DNA of 62,974 nucleotides, counting the filler, from Stramenopiles sp. TOSAG23-2 (taxonomy: Eukaryota): NCBI GenBank assembly GCA_900128395.1. It is 21 parts of 21 records of this genome, joined end to end, with 100 filler letters (N's around TTAATTAATTAA, not from the genome) between each part and the next. Parts side by side here need not be neighbours in the genome. Positions count along the whole stretch, not along the records: positions 55,807 to 58,790 come from LT651425.1; positions 58,891 to 61,873 come from LT651426.1; positions 61,974 to 62,974 come from LT654092.1; 18 more parts are not named here. One strand, 5' to 3'. The position numbers and the translations under genes are program-made. The notes under the pieces were generated by a model, which searched no databases, was not told where the DNA came from, and saw only the letters and a program-made list of their open reading frames with translations. Shown piece by piece: positions 55,807 to 62,974 of this stretch; position 1 is the first letter of the stretch; the number at the start of each line of letters is the position of its first letter.

Positions 55807-57426
55807 GAGAAATTGTTAATTTTTTTTCTAGTTCTTCCATTTTTTCTTTTGCATTATCATTAACTAAATTTCCTAAATTTCGTATTTCATTTATATTATT
55901 TTCAATTTTTTGAACAATTTGTTTTAATTTTCCAACACTATGTTTATTATTTAAATGCGACCAAAAGAAAACTAATAATTCTTTACCAACTCTTCCATGT
56001 GCAAATAAATTTTTCAAATCATATCGGCTCCAAAATAAATCTTTTCGATTACGATATACTTTAAATTCATTCCAACTACGTATTGGATTGATTTGTTGCT
56101 GATCAAAATAATTAATGGTACTACCATCAATATTTTGTAATTTTCGCAAATACACCCAATATTTACGATCATTTCTATTAAATGATGATGAAACACCCTT
56201 CCCTTTGCTTTCCTTTAACCAATGTTTTGGAATTTGTGACATCAAACCACTAGAATAATCTTTTTTACCTTTAATATATTTCAAATCATATGTTGGTGGT
56301 CGAGAAATAGTTTTAAATGCACGTTTTGGTGCATATTTATAATTTTCCAATTGTTGTTTAATTTCTTCTAATAAATTATTTTCTTCACTTTTTGATCGTT
56401 TTATTGGACGTCCTTCATCAGTATCATTATTGTTGTTGTTGTTGTTGTTATAATGATTGCCTCCACCAAGAGCTAATGCTAATACTTTACGATGTTGAGA
56501 CATACTAGATGATGATATAAGATCTGGATGCATTGTTGGATTATTGATAGTGGTAAGAGTATTATTACTATTATTATTTGATAATGATAACGACGACGAT
56601 GAATAATTATTATCATTCAATATACGATCACCTTGTTGATTAAATTGTTGAACACTATATATACTTCTTTTCTTATCATTTTCATATTCACTTTCATCTT
56701 TTTCATTATTATTACTATCATTATTATTATTGCCATCACATTCAATATCGACATTTTCAACTCGTTTTAAAGATCTATCAATAATACCATATCCTTCCTT
56801 TGCACTTGTTGGACCTCTTAATACTTCTGAATGTGTTGATCTTAAATCGAATAAGGGATCTGCACTTTTTAAACGTTCATTTCGATTATCTAGATATAAA
56901 CGTTTTTCTTCTTCTTCAATATCAATAAATATTTGTTGATTTGTTCCAATATTAGTAAGTAATGAATCATCAATTTCTCCTTGTCTATATTGATCATTCA
57001 ACGATAATGTTATGAAAAAATCACTTGTATTAATAATTTTCTTTTCTTGAACATATTTTTTATATGCTTTTGCTACAACTGGTCTTGTACGTAAAATATG
57101 TCCCATATGATTTTGTGTTAAATTAATTGTTTTATTACCACGTCGATCTACCTTTATCGTATCATCTTGTGTTTGACCAACTGATAATGTCTCCCCAGCT
57201 TGTAATCCAACAGCTACTTGATTTTTACGTGTTTGATTATCCCAAAATTCATGCGGTTCTAATGGTGGTACAAGTTGTTTATATAAACTCATCATTTCTG
57301 GATTATTTTGTAATAATAAATATGCTTTTTGTTTATCAAATGATAATTGATTATTGTCGACATCGATTGGTGCATTTGATGTTCCAGTTTGCACCATTGA
57401 TGATGAAGCAGCATTTGAACCAAAAG

Positions 57427-57457
<31 letters not shown>

Positions 57458-57820
57458 TTCATGAACAATAATATTTCGTTTACTTTTTTTATTTTCACGA
57501 CATAATGCAATATAATGTGTTATTTGACCTTTCATATTTTCAAACTTTGTTGTATCATAAAATTCTAATTCAATCCCAGGACCTTTTAAATTATTTGCAT
57601 CCAACATCAATTTAATAAAATTAGTCTTAAACGCAACTTTGACGATTTTCTCATATGGTATACTGACGACATTTGCATTTGTATCTATTGTAGTAAATAT
57701 AATATAACCTGTGTAATCATTATTTAAAGTTAAAAAATACATATTTCCAGTTAATGTTGATATGGTTTCATCATGTACTTTCCGTACTTTTACTTTGCAT
57801 TGTTTCGTGTTGTTCGACAT
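55807..57820 (-). CDS. GTF2H1: TFIIH subunit p62/Tfb1 (PH domain plus two BSD domains); 3' truncated
   Basis: LLQNNPEM..LYKQLV.....EFW; NLT.....I....P.V.KAY...V; DL....EGYG; FN.....IL; ELL..FWS. Confidence 0.8.
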
Positions 57821-58376
57821 TGTATATAATAGATAGACAATTTGTCTATATGAGTGTGATTGATTGGATTGTAAAGGTGGGTAATTTAATACGGATTGAT
57901 TGATGTTGTTTCTGTTTTCTCGTGTTTGTTCGAGGTTCGAGGTCTTTTAGACTTTTGTTCATTCATTATTGATAGTTTAAAAATTATTAATTTTGATGTA
58001 AATTAGAATCAAGTTTTATAATATACTAAGAAGTATAATAACCTATATAATAAAAATCTGTTTACAACACATTTTAACATCATCATTTGGTGTTTCATCA
58101 TCTCCTCTAGGTGGGATGGGAACTCCATACAGTATTTCAAAATTGATTGGAGATGACATCAACCATAATATGAAGAGTGTCGTATTTATATATTATCTAA
58201 GTATATATGGGCCGTTTATATTGGTGTAATACGATCATTTGTGTGTTGGCTGTGGTATGTGATCAACGATTATTGTTGACAAAAAAATTTCACGTTGACC
58301 AATTATTAATTCTATAATTCTTACATACTACTATGGTATATCAGCCCTTTTTTTGTGGCAATTTCAATCACACACC

Positions 58377-58790
58377 TCACAACTTACTCGAATTTTTCCA
58401 TGTAATTGGTTCCGTTCGATTATAATATTCACCTTCGATATGTACGCGATTTGAAATTGGCGGATCGTTATATGTATTACTACCAGCTGGTACGGAAATT
58501 TTACTACGTTTCCATTCATTCAAAATACCTTTCATACATGCTGTTAATGCTAATGGTTGATCTAACATGACATGATGTGCACTATCATGTAAAATATTTA
58601 TTGGTATATCATTTCCTAATACCGAGCGATTAAAATCAACAATTGCTGGATTACAAATTGCACTTCTTTCACCAATAATAAATGCAACACGTATAGGTAA
58701 CTTTTGCACATTTTCAACTGATAAATAATCCATTAAATTTAATGGAAAAGCATCATGTTTTGGTTGTTTAAAATTCTTTTTTGGATCAAA
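58377..58790 (-). CDS. C-terminus of an alpha/beta-hydrolase
   Basis: FDP, FIIGERS, DSAHHVMLDQP catalytic-His motif. Confidence 0.85.
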   Translation of the reverse strand, partial: FDPKKNFKQPKHDAFPLNLMDYLSVENVQKLPIRVAFIIGERSAICNPAIVDFNRSVLGNDIPINILHDSAHHVMLDQPLALTACMKGILNEWKRSKISVPAGSNTYNDPPISNRVHIEGEYYNRTEPITWKNSSKL

Positions 58791-59133
58791 NNNNNNNNNN
58801 NNNNNNNNNNNNNNNNNNNNNNNNNNNNNNNNNNTTAATTAATTAANNNNNNNNNNNNNNNNNNNNNNNNNNNNNNNNNNNNNNNNNNNNTTAGCTTGTA
58901 GATTTCTACAAGTTTCATTGACCCATTGTGCTTTAAGCCAGTTTATTATTTTAAATAAAAAAAAAAAAGAAATTTTTTATGCCTAATAGATACTATATAT
59001 TCCCGTAAAAAATTTTACACAACCCGTTCGTCGTATAATATAAAATTATTCACCAAACGTCACCCGAATATTGAACATTCGGTCATCACACACACACACA
59101 CACACACACCCTGCTGATAGTTGTTTTAAAATT

Positions 59134-60705
59134 TTAAAATTTCAATTGTTTCACACCAACTTTACGTTGTATATCTCCATCTTCAAATTTCAAATCGTAC
59201 AATATTGTACCATTTCCTTTTGTTTGGACTTTAATGATGGTTCCTTTGTAATATTTTTTCCAACCAATTGCTTTGCATTGAATATCATCTCCAACTTTTA
59301 AATTTGTTAATGTTTTAATTTGAGAATATTTAATATTTTTTTGCGTCTCACCATCATCAAATTTAATATCATATACTATTAATCCATTTTTCTTTTCATT
59401 AATAGCAATGATTTCACCAGCATAATGATTTTTCCATCCAATGGCTTTTGCAGATACCCTATCCCCAGTTTTTAATGAATTGTTGCTATTATTAGATGTA
59501 GAATTACCATCTTTCACATCGTTGTTGCTAACATTACTAAATTCAAGCGTTAATTCTTGCATGGCACAATTTTTTAAACCATGTTTAATAGATAGGTCTG
59601 CCACATTTATATTATTCATTTCAAATAATTTTTTCATTTTTTCTTCTGTAAATAAGATACGAATAAAAAATCCATGGCAAAATACTACAATAGTCTTTTC
59701 CTTACGACGAGATAACCATTTCATGAATTTTGCTATACGAACAACTACATCATCCGATCGTTCACGTGTACCATCAATATTATTAAACATCGAATCCTCT
59801 TCATCTTCAATTGCTGAAAAATCAACATGTGGGAATTGTTTCTTGTGTTTTGATAATAAATCACGTTTGGTATACCAAGCTGGTTTAAACATCATTTCAC
59901 GTACATGTTCAGAGCATACAATAGGTACATCATCTGATACTTTTTTCATGGCATATGTTGCTGTTTGTAATGCACGACGCATGGATGAACTGACAGCTAA
60001 TTCAGGATTTAATTTCATCACATGATCTTGTATAGATTGAGCTTGTTTTATACCAGTTGATGTCAATCCAGAATCTAAATAATCTTTATGATCTTTAGAC
60101 ATTGTACCATTTGGACCACCTTGTGGACTCATTTGTTGATTGCCTTTTGCATCTGTACATGCTAAATTGTATTCAGATTCACCATGCCTAACAAATATAA
60201 TTCGTCGAACTTGTTTACTAGGTAATATTCTAGGCTTTGTAGTTGCAGTTGAACCACTGCCACTACTGCCCATAACTGCAGCAAGTTTTTTTTCTGCTTT
60301 AATTTGTCGTTTCATTTTACCTCGTACAATAAAACCAAGTAAATACAATACTATGGAGGTTGTTAAATTTGCAGTTGTTCCATGTAACAAGGTTTCACTT
60401 AACATCCATGTCGCTTCTACAAAGTAAGACCAATATGCACTGACTTGAGAAGCAAGTTCTGTTGGATACCAATAACCAATAATACGCATTAAACCAATTG
60501 TAAATATTAACCATGCAGTCGAACGTTTTGCATACGGCGATGTAGCTGGCAATGATAATGATTTATTCACAGCGATAATTGCATTTGGATTGATAAGCAA
60601 GGTATTTAAACCAAGGATAATATCAATTGCACCATTTAATGCTACAAATTTTGATAAAGCATGATTTGGTAACTTCGTATATAATTTTACCAATACGTTT
60701 CCCAT
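59134..60705 (-). CDS. Fusion of a membrane (Erg28-like) domain, a histidine phosphatase (PGM family) domain and two Tudor-like domains
   Basis: About four TM segments; FVRHGES.YN, D..LT..G..QA, SS.MRRALQT, VFCHG; twice GD.V..K..GW...Y.G.I...YD.KF.DG. Confidence 0.85.
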   Translation of the reverse strand: MGNVLVKLYTKLPNHALSKFVALNGAIDIILGLNTLLINPNAIIAVNKSLSLPATSPYAKRSTAWLIFTIGLMRIIGYWYPTELASQVSAYWSYFVEATWMLSETLLHGTTANLTTSIVLYLLGFIVRGKMKRQIKAEKKLAAVMGSSGSGSTATTKPRILPSKQVRRIIFVRHGESEYNLACTDAKGNQQMSPQGGPNGTMSKDHKDYLDSGLTSTGIKQAQSIQDHVMKLNPELAVSSSMRRALQTATYAMKKVSDDVPIVCSEHVREMMFKPAWYTKRDLLSKHKKQFPHVDFSAIEDEEDSMFNNIDGTRERSDDVVVRIAKFMKWLSRRKEKTIVVFCHGFFIRILFTEEKMKKLFEMNNINVADLSIKHGLKNCAMQELTLEFSNVSNNDVKDGNSTSNNSNNSLKTGDRVSAKAIGWKNHYAGEIIAINEKKNGLIVYDIKFDDGETQKNIKYSQIKTLTNLKVGDDIQCKAIGWKKYYKGTIIKVQTKGNGTILYDLKFEDGDIQRKVGVKQLKF

Positions 60706-61973
60706 GATGATGATGATTGTTTACTATAGATATATATATATATATTATGTCAAACTATATTATGTGGTAAAAATCTATCTCTCTCTCTCTCGTTTACTTT
60801 TTTTGTTACGTTGAATGTTATTCTTTTCTGATATTCTATTGTATCGGAAAATTACATACAAGAATGTGTATATTTATGTCTAACACATCTTAGAGAGATG
60901 AGGACTGGGATGAGGAGGGACCAATAGTATTCCCATAGTATTTATATATATATCTATCAAAAGAATACCCCCTTATAAGTATAAACAGATGTTCGCATCA
61001 GGAAATCCGGTTGTAACACACAGCGTTGTCTCCACCCCCTTTTCAATTGGAGGTTGTATGTGAGTACATTGCGTTTCTATAAACACTGCATGATAGCTCT
61101 TTACAAATCTCATGGTTGCTTTGTTTATAAATACATAAGGACCGGTTACATCAGTCATTCCGATGAATTGTAATTGTAAGGATTCCGTACTGTTGTCTCT
61201 AACGTTTTTGTTCTGTGATCGAAAATTGATATTGTATACACTCTTGAACCCCCTGGGAACTCGCTCCATACACTCCTCTCGTCCTACTCAACAAACAATC
61301 TATATATATACACACGACAGAGAATAAATGGAGCAAATCTCCTTTTTTTTCTTATTCAAGTCGTCATTGACCCCCTTCTCCAGTGATTGACCTGCCTGGA
61401 CGGATTTGGAGGCGTTGAAGCTGTGATAAGCTTTCAATATGTTATGTTCCTGTTTCTCAAATATTTTCAGTTTCAATATATATCTAAATGTTTTATAATC
61501 GCTGAGTTGCAATACAACATGCAAGGAGTTGTATATATACAATATATATATATATATGTATATAAAAGTTATGCAATATAGTTAGGGTAAGTAGTTAAAA
61601 TGTGTGTAACTTGTTACGTTTGTTCCTGAAGAAGATAGGACGATCGGACCCATCACTTCTCAGCTTTTACCAGGTTAAGGTATCATAACAAATAACATGC
61701 ACACAGCATCCATTTATAAAAAAAATGTAACAAAAATGCAAAAAATATCGGAAAAAAATTTCTAAGAAGAATGAAGAAGTTTTACCACCAGTTTACCACA
61801 GGTTTACAGTTAAAATACAGTATGATATTTTTAAAAATTAAAATAAATAAATATCAGTCGAATAATAAGATATNNNNNNNNNNNNNNNNNNNNNNNNNNN
61901 NNNNNNNNNNNNNNNNNTTAATTAATTAANNNNNNNNNNNNNNNNNNNNNNNNNNNNNNNNNNNNNNNNNNNN

Positions 61974-62974
61974 TGGGTTCAATATAGGATCAATGTTTTC
62001 CACATCTTGTACCAACAAAATGGTTCCAAATCGCAATGAGCTTTCCAGATGTTTCATGAATGAAGCATCAAGAAATGAAGTTGTTTTGATTTTTTTCTTC
62101 TCATTTTCTCGCAATAGATATTCCGTTGCTTGCCCCGATGGATCAATTATCAATGGAAAACGTTTGAAACGAGATAAAATAATACCATTTTCTATACACA
62201 ATGTATCATCTGGTAGTCCATTTGCCTTCCAACCAATTCGCTCACTACCGCTAGATAAATATTCCACGATTTCCAGGTTTTCTTTCACTGTTATACCACG
62301 CTCAGCAAGCTGGTCTTCCCATAATAGCATCAAATTTGCCCTATGTCTAAAATCAAAATAGCCTGAATATACACAAAATGCACTTGCTAACAAAACATCA
62401 CCAACGATAGATGACATTTGTAATTGAAACGTTTCGCGGCCATCTTCCCATCGTATCTGTTCCTCTGAAAGGCTTCTCAACAAGGTTGCAGCACGATCAC
62501 ATTTACTTTTAACAGACTCCATTTCCCCTTTAATCGCTTCGCTTTCTTTAATTAATTGAGCATATTCACTTTTGTATGTTGAAATGGAAGACTCGAGCTC
62601 TGTTATTTCACTAGTAAGCTTCTCGTGTCGCTCGGATAATGACTTGCTCTCCAACGCTAATTTTTCTACTTCCTCACGCAAAGGCGCGACACGTTCAGCT
62701 ATGCTAGCAAAATTCACTTGAGAGTTTAACCACTGGTACAACGGTCCACATGCACGGTTTGCGCGAGATACAGTTTCTAAATTAAAGTCTTCTACATTTA
62801 AATATTTGCTTTGTACGAGTTGCCTAGTTTCAGGTACCAGTGCATGAGGATCAAATCCAACCACGTCTGAAATAAATGAGCTTCCACGCAATAATGTTCG
62901 TAACGCACGCCAATCGGGAATTTTTTTCGCATCTGTAATTCCCTTGATCATAATCGCCACAGCTTCCAACGTTA
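61974..62974 (-). CDS. DYNC1H1: Cytoplasmic dynein 1 heavy chain fragment (MTBD/stalk to AAA5)
   Basis: RANRACGPL..W, RFPLIIDPSGQATEYL, TSFLD..F.K.LES.LRFG..LLVQDVENIDPILNP. Confidence 0.95.

Noticed and set aside
60973..61542. Two short minus-strand ORFs with coding-like composition
   Set aside because: No recognisable motif or reliable exon structure; may be a remnant but cannot be supported
3014..61973. Regularly spaced TTAATTAATTAA motif and apparent gene clusters (for example DNMT, Y-polymerase and DCC1 in sequence)
   Set aside because: The linkers are artificial and join length-sorted contigs, so neighbourhoods across them carry no biological information

Overview
This window is not one locus. 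It is 21 short eukaryotic contigs (20 complete, about 3.01 to 2.98 kb in descending length; the last cut by the window edge) joined by artificial 100-nt linkers (N44-TTAATTAATTAA-N44), so adjacency across linkers is meaningless. The DNA is AT-rich and gene-dense, with few short GT-AG introns and many poly-Asn tracts. This fits a protist draft or metagenome-assembled genome; a heterotrophic stramenopile is my inference only. Recognisable genes: SDHAF3, cytochrome b5-related protein, 7TM-RGS, DNMT3-like methyltransferase, lipocalin, Y-family polymerase, DCC1, a peroxisomal-type mitochondrial carrier, GST, gelsolin/severin, ASD, TFIIS-N, TFIIH p62 and cytoplasmic dynein heavy chain. The most striking observation is one locus present twice (9337-12346 and 43452-46443). 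The copies are nearly identical except in four hypervariable patches within a 16-Cys domain (plus length variation at the end of the Lys tract) of a polycationic RRRRL-bearing protein, which looks like diversifying selection on a recognition, toxin or matrix protein. Other points of interest are three dispersed repeat families shared by unrelated contigs, a repeat pair with an internally inverted module, a 146-bp satellite, a GC-richer orphan ORF followed by host repeats, and several unusual domain architectures.
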